Part shown: positions 1 to 9,766 of the stretch, one piece after another
Layout: every line of letters starts with the position of its first letter
Numbering within the stretch: the stretch's first letter is position 1
Virus record (IMG/VR): IMGVR_UViG_3300020165_001964
Length of the DNA: 64,000 nt
Reading direction: 5' to 3' (one strand)
Origin: a virus
Notes under the pieces: model-generated
Databases searched by the model: none
What the model was told of the DNA's origin: nothing
What the model saw: the letters and a program-made list of their open reading frames with translations, nothing else
Translations under genes and position numbers: made by a program

Positions 1-1
1 T

Positions 2-1909
2 GCATCTGCTAAAAAGAAAGCAGAATCACTAAAAACCCAACGAGATGAAACCTATGTGATATTCGAGGCTAATGCAGATATTGCAGCACAAATGCAATCC
101 CAAAATAAACTTACTGATAAGTTACTTGGTTCTCTTGGGTTAAGTGCTAGTAGTATGAAAGATATTAAAGACCAGGCAGTATTGTTTGGTAGAGCAATTG
201 CAAAGAATCCTTATTTGTTATTACTTGCTGGTTTAGCATTGGCAGTTTCCTATACAGTCGATATGGTAAAAAACACTCAAAAATTATCTCAAGAATTTGG
301 GTTATCTGCAACACAAGCAGCAAAAGTAAATAAAGAAGTAGGATTTTTTAATAGAAAGTTTTTTGAATTTTTTGGACAAGATACTAATAAAATATCAGGC
401 GAGATAATACAGAACTTTGGTGATATTGGAAACTTCGCAGGATTATCTGCAGAAGAAGTTGCTAAAATGTCTATGGGATTAGGTATTGCTGGAGAGGATG
501 CAGTAAAGTTAGCCAGAACTATGGTAGGATTGGTGGATGGTGTTAACGATGGTGCTGATGGTATGGAAAGACTTGAGGTGTTTTCTGGTATTGCTAAAGC
601 AAACAATGTTGGTACAGGTCAAATAATAAAAGATTTAGCAGAAAATACAGAAACATTTGCAGAGTTCACGAGAGATGGTGGTACTAACATGGCAAGAGCA
701 GCAGTTCAAGCAAGAAAACTCGGTGTTAGTTTACAAACCACTGCAAAGATTGCGAACTCATTATTAGATTTTGAATCAAGTATTGAAAAGGAGATGGAGG
801 CATCTCTATTAATTGGTAAACAATTAAACTTCAACAGAGCAAGAGAACTTGCACTCGCTGGTGATATTGCAGGTGCTACACAAGATGTTGTTAAACAGAT
901 AGGTGGAGCTGGCGAATTACAGAAAATGAATGTTATTCAAAGAAGAGCATTAGCAGAATCTATTGGAGTTAGTGTAGATGAGTTAAGTAGATTAGCAAGT
1001 GGTAAGTTAGAAGTTAAAAGTGATGGAGTTGAACCAATTGATGCAAATACAGAGGCAACTTTATTATTAAATAATACTATTGATGATTTAAGAAGCAACC
1101 TAACAATGATGTCCCCAGCATTATTAGCAATAGAACCTATTGGGAATGCAATGAAAGGAATTGCTAAAAAGTTTGGTGTAGATGTTGGACCAACGAGAAC
1201 TAATCGAGTTGCTAGTGATTTAGTTAAGAAGACACCAGGTGGTAGATTTAAAGCAGAGGGGATGAAAGGGCCTGGATTTAAAGACTCGGCAAAAGCTCTT
1301 TCACAAGCAGATGATATACTAAAAAGTTCTGCAGTTAAAAATTCAACAAAAATTTTGAAAAAAGCAGCATTGCCAGTAGCACTTGCTCTTGATGCAATGG
1401 ATATTGCTTCTACAGCCGCAGATGAGAATAAAACTAAAATGGATGTAGGAAGAGAAGTTGCTGAAAAAGCAGCAGGTTATGGTGGAGCTGCACTTGGAGC
1501 AAAAGGTGGAGCAGCACTTGGAGCAGCAGTTGGTTCTGTAATACCAGTACTTGGTACTGCAGTTGGTGCAGGAATTGGTGGATTGATTGGTGGTATTGGT
1601 GGGTATTTTCTTGGTGAAGGTGCCGCATCAAATACACTTGATGCTACAATGGGAATTGCAACTGGTGATGAAAAAGATAAAGGTATGAGTAAGGTGTTAG
1701 AGGAATACTCAGATTTAGATAAAGAAGAAAGAAAACAATTATCAGATGCACTACTTGGTGGACAAGATAGTATAAATAAATTTATAGAAGCAAATAGTGG
1801 ATTATTTAGTGGATTTAATGATTTAGGAGAATTAGTACAAGTAATGCAAGAAGTTGCAGCAAATACAGGTAAAACAACAACGGAAATAGCAAACTTAATA
1901 AGTGAGTAA
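2..1909 (+). CDS. Tail tape measure protein, 5'-truncated by the window edge
   Basis: Frame is open from position 2. Ala/Leu-rich helical sequence with a C-terminal glycine-zipper segment (GAALGAKGGAALGAAVG), directly upstream of baseplate-type genes. Confidence 0.8.
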   Translation, partial: ASAKKKAESLKTQRDETYVIFEANADIAAQMQSQNKLTDKLLGSLGLSASSMKDIKDQAVLFGRAIAKNPYLLLLAGLALAVSYTVDMVKNTQKLSQEFGLSATQAAKVNKEVGFFNRKFFEFFGQDTNKISGEIIQNFGDIGNFAGLSAEEVAKMSMGLGIAGEDAVKLARTMVGLVDGVNDGADGMERLEVFSGIAKANNVGTGQIIKDLAENTETFAEFTRDGGTNMARAAVQARKLGVSLQTTAKIANSLLDFESSIEKEMEASLLIGKQLNFNRARELALAGDIAGATQDVVKQIGGAGELQKMNVIQRRALAESIGVSVDELSRLASGKLEVKSDGVEPIDANTEATLLLNNTIDDLRSNLTMMSPALLAIEPIGNAMKGIAKKFGVDVGPTRTNRVASDLVKKTPGGRFKAEGMKGPGFKDSAKALSQADDILKSSAVKNSTKILKKAALPVALALDAMDIASTAADENKTKMDVGREVAEKAAGYGGAALGAKGGAALGAAVGSVIPVLGTAVGAGIGGLIGGIGGYFLGEGAASNTLDATMGIATGDEKDKGMSKVLEEYSDLDKEERKQLSDALLGGQDSINKFIEANSGLFSGFNDLGELVQVMQEVAANTGKTTTEIANLISE

Positions 1910-3467
1910 AATGGGATTATTTGATAAAGTAAAAACAGATATAACATCTTTCAATTGGAAAGGTACGATAGGTAAGGAATCAAGAACTAACCAAGATAAT
2001 TTACCGCCCGAACCAGGTCTACCAAATGAGAATCAAGAAGATATGGTTGAGTTTTATGATTATGGTAATGATTCACTAAAGAAGAATGGTGGGGATAGAA
2101 ATCGTCAAGATAACTTACAGGCTAATCAAACAAGTAATAAATCACTTGAAGATAGATTAGATGAAGTTGATGAACAATATAAAAAACTTGGTGGTAACGA
2201 GGGATTAAAATCAGAGGGATTAGGTTTTGATGAACCATTTATCACAAAAGAGATTGGTGATGGTTATGGTGATATACTTAAGATACCTGGAGTGTTTTAT
2301 GGTGGAACTGCATTATCAGTAGTGAGAGCAGCAGAAGATGTTGTTCGTTTAGGTAAGTTTGCATTAACACCAAAAGGTATTCTATGGGGTGTGAAACAAG
2401 CATTACTACAAAAACAAAACACACAAATAAATACACAGAAGTTTGCACCAGTCAAAGGATTAGCATCTATTGTACCAATGGTACATACACCAAGACATGC
2501 AAATAGTTCGTTAAATCCATTCGCAGATTCAGAAACATTTGAAGATACTGATGAGGGTACGAGAAGTGAAACTATAAGTGCAACTGATGTGGGTTCACAG
2601 AAACAAGACCCAGAGGGATTCTTTGCTAATTTAGCAAATGCATTTGGATTCGGTGGTGGACCACAAACAGAAGAAGCATCTGAATATGGATTCCCAAAGG
2701 GTGCAAAGATAAAATCTGCAGGTGGTAATTTATATGAAGTGGGTACAAGTAATATGTTACAAGTTCCTTATGGTGGACAATATGGTAACTATAAAAGAGT
2801 TGCTCAAGGTAAAGGTATGACTCAAGAGAACAACATACCTAAAGATTTTATAAAATTCAAAATAAGAGATGCAGTAAATGGTAAGTGGTTAATATTTCCA
2901 GCACATCTTGGTAGTATAACCGATACAATCTCACCAGAATACACTCAAGATAGATATATTGGTAGACCTGATGCAGTACATATCTACTCAGGTACTAATC
3001 GTAGTGTAAGTTTTGATTTTAAAGTTGCTGCATTCACTAAACAAGAGATACCAATCATCCAAGAAAAGATGAACTATTTAGTTGGGTTAGGATACCCAAG
3101 TTACAAGAGTTACTTTAATGGAGATACAGAGGCGAGACCAGTAACACCATATGTTTATTTAACAATTGGCGATATGTTTAATCAAACACCAGGTTACTTC
3201 AATAGTATCACAATAACAATTGAAGAGAATGCAACTTGGGAAATAGATGATAAACATCAAATACCACAAGTATTTAGTGTAAGTTGTGAGTTTGTATACA
3301 TTGGTAAATACCTACCACAGACAGTAGGTAAACATTATGAAGTGCCTTGGTTAGAGGATAGTGGAGTTGGTGAGAAGAAGTTTGGTACATTTGGTGACCA
3401 AGACCCAACATCATTAGGTAATAGACCTGCTAATGTACAAGATAACAAGTGGGTAAAAGGTAATTAG
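1902..3467 (+). CDS. Putative baseplate/tail-tube initiator protein
   Basis: C-terminal FPAHLGSITDT..YIGRPDAVHIYSGTNRSVSFDF..LTIGDMF pattern is typical of contractile-tail tube initiators; follows the tape measure. Confidence 0.6.
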   Translation: MSKMGLFDKVKTDITSFNWKGTIGKESRTNQDNLPPEPGLPNENQEDMVEFYDYGNDSLKKNGGDRNRQDNLQANQTSNKSLEDRLDEVDEQYKKLGGNEGLKSEGLGFDEPFITKEIGDGYGDILKIPGVFYGGTALSVVRAAEDVVRLGKFALTPKGILWGVKQALLQKQNTQINTQKFAPVKGLASIVPMVHTPRHANSSLNPFADSETFEDTDEGTRSETISATDVGSQKQDPEGFFANLANAFGFGGGPQTEEASEYGFPKGAKIKSAGGNLYEVGTSNMLQVPYGGQYGNYKRVAQGKGMTQENNIPKDFIKFKIRDAVNGKWLIFPAHLGSITDTISPEYTQDRYIGRPDAVHIYSGTNRSVSFDFKVAAFTKQEIPIIQEKMNYLVGLGYPSYKSYFNGDTEARPVTPYVYLTIGDMFNQTPGYFNSITITIEENATWEIDDKHQIPQVFSVSCEFVYIGKYLPQTVGKHYEVPWLEDSGVGEKKFGTFGDQDPTSLGNRPANVQDNKWVKGN

Positions 3468-3469
3468 TA

Positions 3470-3784
3470 ATGAATAGATATAGATTCACAAAGATAAAAA
3501 AAGATAGTACTGAGGGATTTCAACATCGTGTGATAACTGAGTATCCAATCATCACACCTAAAAATTCAGATAGAATTTACTACTCTAAACAAGGTGAAAG
3601 ATGGGATAATATTGCTTATAAGTTTTATCAAGATACTTCACTATGGTGGATAATTGCAAGAGCAAACACAGACATAGATTTTAAAGGTAACATGGCATTA
3701 CCAATAGGTACTAAACTAATCATACCAACAGATGTGGGTGAAATTATATCGGATTTAGAAAGAATTAACCGAATAAGACAATAA
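3470..3784 (+). CDS. LysM/tail X-like baseplate wedge protein (gp53-like)
   Basis: GERWDNIAYKFYQDTSLWWIIARAN..LPIGTKLIIP LysM-like motif. Confidence 0.8.
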   Translation: MNRYRFTKIKKDSTEGFQHRVITEYPIITPKNSDRIYYSKQGERWDNIAYKFYQDTSLWWIIARANTDIDFKGNMALPIGTKLIIPTDVGEIISDLERINRIRQ

Positions 3785-6249
3785 TGTTTCAGTTCACACA
3801 GATTGATAAGAACATTCAAGATACTCTACATAAGAGAATCAATGCACTAACAAGAAGTGGTGAGTTCAATCCATTAGACCCTACTGCAGAACAACAAAGT
3901 AATGCAGTATCAGAAATGTTAACTAAAACTTGTTGGGTTAGAGTTACTTCATCTATACCAGAGTTCAAAAAATATAATAATGAAAGTGATGCTAAAGATA
4001 CAAATAATGGTAAATTTATTAGACCATTAGAAATAGTAAAAGAAAAACCATTTCGTTTAAGTGGTAACTTCAAAGATGGTCAACCAATCAATAGACCAAT
4101 TACATCAAAAGTAAATTTGATGAATAATCCAAATACTTCAACACTAAGAGCACCTGCAGGTGTTACTGGTGTATCAACCGCATTTAAGAACCATTCTATA
4201 CAAAATGTAACAATTAATTGGAAACTATATGATAGAGATGATTTTGATGCATATGAAAGTGCATTTTTAAAACATGGTAGGATTGTTTTGGTAGAGTTTG
4301 GTTGGAATGTTCCTAATGTAAATCTTGGAACAATGGAAAAACCACAAGATATGATACAATATTATGAAAATATACAAGAGAGGATTATCAATTCTGGTGG
4401 TGATTATTATGCAGCAATAGGGAAGATAAAAAGTTTTAATTATGATATAGGACCAAACGGAGAATTTGATTGCAATACAGAATTAACTTCTATGGGTAGT
4501 ACTTTGTTTAAAGGTGCAATAGATACACAAGAACCTATACCAGAAGTTATTCTACAGAAGAACAAAGAAAAGATTGCAGATGCATATAATGATATAAGTG
4601 CAGCATATGAAACCTATATAAAAGATTTAGATAAAGTTATTAAAAAAGAATATGATGGTGGTGCAGAGGGTACTTACTACAATGCAAATACAGAAAAGGG
4701 GTATTGTACTTGGGGTTGGTTTGAAGATATTATTTTAAATACTTGGTTTGCATTTGTATCAGAAAATGAGGGTGGAAAAGAATTAACAACAGAGATTAGA
4801 AGTATTGGTTCGGGTTTTAAAAACAAAGATGGAACCTTAGAAAAAATAGATGGAGATAATCCATGTAGATTTGGACCTGATTTGTTTACTAAAGATAGAC
4901 ACATAATCTTGCCTGGTAGAATATCAAGTATAGATAGTTTGAGAGAAGCAAGTGAGGATGAAAGATTTCAAGAAAAAGTAAGAGAAGAGTACAAAAATAC
5001 ATACGATACATTTAATGAGATAAATGAGAAGTTTAAAACATTTGAATTTGGTACAGATAGAGGTAGTATTAGACGAATGGTGTTTAGTGCAGATTATTTA
5101 AAAAACTTTTTTGGGAGTGTTAGGGATGTAGAAAGTGCATTATCAAGTATGTGGCAATCAGTATCATCAGTATATGGTCATTATTGGAATTTCCAAGTAA
5201 TTCAAGATGATAATAATAATGGTAGGATTGGTGTTATAGATAGTTTCAAACCAGAAACAAGAGTTGCCATTATGAATCCTAATGTAGATGAATCTAAGTT
5301 ATCTAAACCAGGTAATACTAATGGTAAAACATTCGTGTTTCCACTTTATAGTACAAGAAGTTTATTTAAAGATTTTAATTTATCAGTTAATTTATCAAGT
5401 GCAATGGCAACACAAGCATTATATCACTCACAAAAGAATTTTGGTAAAGAGGGACAGAGTACTACAAACAAACCAGAAGATTTATCAATAACTGCATTAG
5501 CAAGTATACAAAATCAATCCATGACAGACCCAGAAGGTCAAGGTGCTATAGCAGAAGATGCACTCTTAAAAGATTATCATAGTGTTATCAAAGGTAAAGA
5601 TGGTGAAGGTGCGGGAAGAACTGCAAGAACAAATCCAAGTGAAGCAAATTCAGAGTTGATTGTTAAACCTATTGATTTTAAAATAGAGGGAGACCCAATT
5701 GCAGATTCAATTAGAAAACAAAGTGAAGTTGAAGCAGCTGCAGCAAGTGAAGATGAAGTAAAGAAAGCAGATGAGGGTATACGATTGATTGATACTAATA
5801 GTGGTTTGATTTATAAATCAGATGGTGAAATGATGGGTGCTTTTCAAAGAGGTATGGATTATTTATTAAATAAAAAAGATGAGGCAAATGTAGATGTTGA
5901 CCCTGTAACACCAATTGAAGTTTCATTTACCATGCCTGGAATAGGTGGTATCAGAATGTATGATATTTTTGCAGTAGATTATTTACCTGATAACTATCGT
6001 AGATATGGATTATTTCAAGTGAGTGGAATTGACCACACACTATCAACAGCTGGTTGGGATACAAAAATTTCAGGTAAATTGAGGGTGGATATGGATACAC
6101 TTATCAAAGATGCTAAATCACAGAATTATTATAAAGAAGAAAGTGTAGAGATTAATACAGAGTTTAGTGAAACAGATAATATTAATTTCTTAACCTTAAT
6201 ACAAAATACACAAAAAGAAGAAACAGAGAAAAGTAATAAAAATAATTAA
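3784..6249 (+). CDS. Putative baseplate hub protein
   Basis: Follows the LysM gene; C-terminal MPGIGGI..FQVSGIDHTLSTAGWDTKI resembles hub (gp27/gpD-like) proteins. Confidence 0.6.
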   Translation: MFQFTQIDKNIQDTLHKRINALTRSGEFNPLDPTAEQQSNAVSEMLTKTCWVRVTSSIPEFKKYNNESDAKDTNNGKFIRPLEIVKEKPFRLSGNFKDGQPINRPITSKVNLMNNPNTSTLRAPAGVTGVSTAFKNHSIQNVTINWKLYDRDDFDAYESAFLKHGRIVLVEFGWNVPNVNLGTMEKPQDMIQYYENIQERIINSGGDYYAAIGKIKSFNYDIGPNGEFDCNTELTSMGSTLFKGAIDTQEPIPEVILQKNKEKIADAYNDISAAYETYIKDLDKVIKKEYDGGAEGTYYNANTEKGYCTWGWFEDIILNTWFAFVSENEGGKELTTEIRSIGSGFKNKDGTLEKIDGDNPCRFGPDLFTKDRHIILPGRISSIDSLREASEDERFQEKVREEYKNTYDTFNEINEKFKTFEFGTDRGSIRRMVFSADYLKNFFGSVRDVESALSSMWQSVSSVYGHYWNFQVIQDDNNNGRIGVIDSFKPETRVAIMNPNVDESKLSKPGNTNGKTFVFPLYSTRSLFKDFNLSVNLSSAMATQALYHSQKNFGKEGQSTTNKPEDLSITALASIQNQSMTDPEGQGAIAEDALLKDYHSVIKGKDGEGAGRTARTNPSEANSELIVKPIDFKIEGDPIADSIRKQSEVEAAAASEDEVKKADEGIRLIDTNSGLIYKSDGEMMGAFQRGMDYLLNKKDEANVDVDPVTPIEVSFTMPGIGGIRMYDIFAVDYLPDNYRRYGLFQVSGIDHTLSTAGWDTKISGKLRVDMDTLIKDAKSQNYYKEESVEINTEFSETDNINFLTLIQNTQKEETEKSNKNN

Positions 6250-6291
6250 CATTTTGACACTTTTCTTTGATATATATTATTAAATGGTTAT

Positions 6292-6435
6292 ATGTCTATT
6301 TGGAAGTCTATCAAATTAAAACTTGCTCTAAAGATGAATTGGATAAATCCTTTCATGAAAACTTATGCACAAAAGTATAAAGAGTTAAGATTAAAAGATT
6401 TAAAAGAACGAATTAAACAAAAAGGAGATGCATGA
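6292..6435 (+). CDS. Small basic hypothetical protein, 47 aa (MSIWKSIKLK...), not in the ORF track
   Basis: Translated by hand; its stop overlaps the thyX start (ATGA). Confidence 0.55.
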   Translation: MSIWKSIKLKLALKMNWINPFMKTYAQKYKELRLKDLKERIKQKGDA

Positions 6436-7127
6436 TGAAAATTGATGTATTAGATAAAGGGTATATTGAATTAGTAGATACACTCGGTGATGATTTAACG
6501 CCAGTAAATGCTGCAAGGGTATCATTTGGTGGTAGAAGTGAAACATTTGAGGAAAAGGATAGAAAGTTATCTAAGTTCTTAATTAAACACAAACATTTTT
6601 CACCATTCAGACATCAACATGGTATGTTCATTATCAAAGCACCTGAGTTCGTGATGAGACAATGGTATAAACATGTCGTTGGTATTGAAACAACATCAAA
6701 TCATCCTACTAAAGACCACGCGTGGAATGAGATTAGTGGTAGGTATGTTCCTTATGATGAATTTTATGAACCAACAGAGTTCAGAAAACAAAGTGATGAT
6801 AACAAACAGGCAAGTGATGGGTTAGTTGATAATCAAAAAGAGATGAAACAATTGTGGACTATCTCTCAACAAAACTCTATTTCTGCTTATAAAGAAATGT
6901 TAAAGAATGGTATGGCTAAAGAACAAGCCAGAAGTATCTTACCACTTACAGTCTATACAAAAGTTTGGTGGACTGCATCATTTCAAAGTGCAATGAATTT
7001 CATTGAGTTAAGAGATGAACCTACATCACAAGTAGAGATACAAGAATATGCGAAAGCATTAAAAGAGATTATGTTAGAGAAGTTTCCAGAAACTACTAAA
7101 TTATGGAGTGAGATTTATTTAGACTAA
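6432..7127 (+). CDS. thyX: Flavin-dependent thymidylate synthase
   Basis: VNAARVSF, HFSPF, RQWYKH, NEISGRY and EQARSILP motifs. Confidence 0.95.
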   Translation: MMKIDVLDKGYIELVDTLGDDLTPVNAARVSFGGRSETFEEKDRKLSKFLIKHKHFSPFRHQHGMFIIKAPEFVMRQWYKHVVGIETTSNHPTKDHAWNEISGRYVPYDEFYEPTEFRKQSDDNKQASDGLVDNQKEMKQLWTISQQNSISAYKEMLKNGMAKEQARSILPLTVYTKVWWTASFQSAMNFIELRDEPTSQVEIQEYAKALKEIMLEKFPETTKLWSEIYLD

Positions 7128-8011
7128 TGAAAGGTTGGATATTCACTACACAAAATGAACCATCGTATGAAACAAGACGATTAGTAGAATGTTTTGATAA
7201 AGAGGGTATAGAATGTTTTTATGTACATCCTAATAATGTAGATATATTTATCAGTAAAGATAATAGAAAATCTGTATTAGTAGATAATGAACACACTTCA
7301 ATACCTGATTTTGTTATACCACGAGTTGGAAGTGCAACCACATATTATCAGAAAGCAGTATTCAGACATTTAGAAAGAATGGGTGTATTGTTTATTAATG
7401 GTAGTGATGCAATTGATAATGTAAAGGATAAACTTTACACAATGCAAATATTATCACAGAATAATATTCCACATCCAAAAACAATGTTGGTTAAGAATCC
7501 AATTGATTCAGGTTATGTACAAAGGAATATTGGTTTTCCTATCGTGGTTAAATCCTTGAGTGGTACACATGGTAAAGGTGTTTATCTTGCAGAGAACAAA
7601 AGGAACTTTGAACAATTAGTAGAGATGATGGAACAATTTAATGATAGGTTCAACATCATCTTACAAGAGTTTGTGAAAGACTCACATGGAAAAGATTTAC
7701 GAATTATCGTAGTAGGTGGTAAAGTTGTTGGAGCAATGAAAAGAGAATCAACTGATGGTGATTTCAGAGCTAATGTTACACGAGGTGGTGGAGCAAAACC
7801 AGTAGAACTTGATGAACAAATGGAGTATCTTGCATTAGAATCTACAAAACTATTAGGATTAGATATAGGTGGTGTAGATTTATTATATGATAACGATGGA
7901 TATAAAATATGTGAGGTTAACTCTTCACCTGGTTTTAGAGGAATGGAAGAATATACTGAAATAAGAGTTGCCGAACAGATAGTTACTTATGTAAAAAATA
8001 AATTAAATTAA
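7127..8011 (+). CDS. rimK: RimK-family ATP-grasp ligase
   Basis: DKLYT, FPIVVK..GTHGKGV, QEFV, DLRIIVVGG, FRANVTRGG, GVDLL and CEVNSSPG motifs. Confidence 0.9.
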   Translation: MKGWIFTTQNEPSYETRRLVECFDKEGIECFYVHPNNVDIFISKDNRKSVLVDNEHTSIPDFVIPRVGSATTYYQKAVFRHLERMGVLFINGSDAIDNVKDKLYTMQILSQNNIPHPKTMLVKNPIDSGYVQRNIGFPIVVKSLSGTHGKGVYLAENKRNFEQLVEMMEQFNDRFNIILQEFVKDSHGKDLRIIVVGGKVVGAMKRESTDGDFRANVTRGGGAKPVELDEQMEYLALESTKLLGLDIGGVDLLYDNDGYKICEVNSSPGFRGMEEYTEIRVAEQIVTYVKNKLN

Positions 8012-9288
8012 TGGTTATAGTAAATTCTAAAGAGAAGTGGTCTCATCTACAAAAAAGGATGAAGACTCAACACTTCGTGTATCTACAAATGTTTTCGGAT
8101 GTACATAAACATCCTAAACAGAATCGTGTGTCTTGTTTTTATATCAGAACAATGCAAGAAGAGTATATCGTACCTGTCAATCACAATGAGAAGTTTGGAA
8201 CAATACAAACCATTGATGTAGATGATAGTAAAGTATGTGTAGGTGATATGAAATCATTTATGCATAATTCAATGATTGATTGTGACCATATATTTGGGTT
8301 GGTAGATTTAAATTGGTGTCATTATATGAAGACTAATCAACCATATGATTTCGATAAACACCTAACAAATGCTCACCACCATAATTACAGATTACACTAC
8401 GAGAAAGAAAATGTTAATGATGTAATCCCTTTGGTGAAACATGGTGAGTATTTTTCAAAACAGTCATTAGATTTAATGAACTACTTAGAAGACCACGATT
8501 ACTATGACCAAGAAATATTGGAAGTTTTATCTAAGGTAGAAGATAATGGAATCCAAACTACAGATGGTTTAGTTTATTCAGAATATAATCCATTTACAAG
8601 TACAGGTAGACCAAGTAATAGATTTGGTGGTATGAACTTTGCAGCACTAAACAAAAAAGATGGTAGTAGAAAACAATTCATAAGTAGACATGATAATGGT
8701 GTATTGGTGGAGTTTGATTATGATGCGTATCATCCACGATTAATTGGTGATAAAATAGGTTATAAATTTCCAAAAGGTAATGTACACCAACACCTTGCAG
8801 ATTCATATGGGTTAAGTTATGATGAGGGAAAACAATTAACATTCAAGTATTTATATGGAGGTATACCTACCGAAATGAAACAAAACCCGTTTTTTGGTAT
8901 GGTAGACGAGTTTATACACCGCTTGTGGAGTACTTGGAAAAGAGATAAAAAGATAGTTTCTGATATTTATAGTAGAGAAATACATAGAGAAAACCTACCT
9001 GATATGAATCCTAATAAGTTATTTAACTATATGATTCAGTTGATGGAGACAGAACAGAATATTCATACCTTAGATGTATTACTACATGATATGAAAGATT
9101 TCAAGAGTAAGATGGTTCTCTATAATTATGATGCATTCTTATTTGATTTTGATTACAAAAAAGATGGATTGAAGTATTTGAAAGAAGTAAAAAATATTTT
9201 AGAGTGGAAAGGTAAATATCCAACAAGAGTTTTCATGGGGGATAATTATCAAGACATGAAAGAAATAACGGAGAAACTTAGTGTATAG
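8011..9288 (+). CDS. Short, divergent family A DNA polymerase-like protein
   Basis: TSTGRPSN, motif A (EFDYDAYHPRL), motif B (KQLTFKYLYG) and motif C (YNYDAFLFD). Confidence 0.75.
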   Translation: MVIVNSKEKWSHLQKRMKTQHFVYLQMFSDVHKHPKQNRVSCFYIRTMQEEYIVPVNHNEKFGTIQTIDVDDSKVCVGDMKSFMHNSMIDCDHIFGLVDLNWCHYMKTNQPYDFDKHLTNAHHHNYRLHYEKENVNDVIPLVKHGEYFSKQSLDLMNYLEDHDYYDQEILEVLSKVEDNGIQTTDGLVYSEYNPFTSTGRPSNRFGGMNFAALNKKDGSRKQFISRHDNGVLVEFDYDAYHPRLIGDKIGYKFPKGNVHQHLADSYGLSYDEGKQLTFKYLYGGIPTEMKQNPFFGMVDEFIHRLWSTWKRDKKIVSDIYSREIHRENLPDMNPNKLFNYMIQLMETEQNIHTLDVLLHDMKDFKSKMVLYNYDAFLFDFDYKKDGLKYLKEVKNILEWKGKYPTRVFMGDNYQDMKEITEKLSV

Positions 9289-9766
9289 TTTAAAACAATT
9301 GTTATATGAATCATTAAAAAAGTATCCACACATGAGGCCTTATAGCCAAAAGGAATTGGATTATGAAGTTGATGAATATCTTAAAAATGATTATACAAAA
9401 AATAAACTTCCAAAAATGTGGAAAGATAAAGATGATGGATATGCAGATATTAAAATGGCATTACATGAATATCCAAGTGAAGAAGAATTAAAAAGTTTGG
9501 AAAATTCAGATGTTGGTGATATATTAGAACTACCACCAGAGGATAGAATGAAACGAGCAGTAGAACTTGCAAAAGGATATTATAAAAATTATAAAGCAAT
9601 TATCGATGGTTTAAACAAAAAAACAAAATTTCCCGCTCCTATTGTAGTTCGCGATAAATCAAAACGATTATATTTATTAGGGGGAAACACGAGATTAATG
9701 TTAGGTGTTGCCATGGGATTAAATTTACCAATAAAAATTATTGATTGGAAAAAGGAAATACAATGA
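9281..9766 (+). CDS. ParB/Srx-like domain protein
   Basis: PAPIVV..LYLLGGNTRL resembles the ParB DGxxR motif. Confidence 0.55.
   Translation: MYSLKQLLYESLKKYPHMRPYSQKELDYEVDEYLKNDYTKNKLPKMWKDKDDGYADIKMALHEYPSEEELKSLENSDVGDILELPPEDRMKRAVELAKGYYKNYKAIIDGLNKKTKFPAPIVVRDKSKRLYLLGGNTRLMLGVAMGLNLPIKIIDWKKEIQ

Noticed and set aside
6254-6283. TTGACA promoter before the thyX operon
   Set aside because: The -35 is perfect, but no TATATT lies at the 18-nt spacing used elsewhere; plausible but not called.
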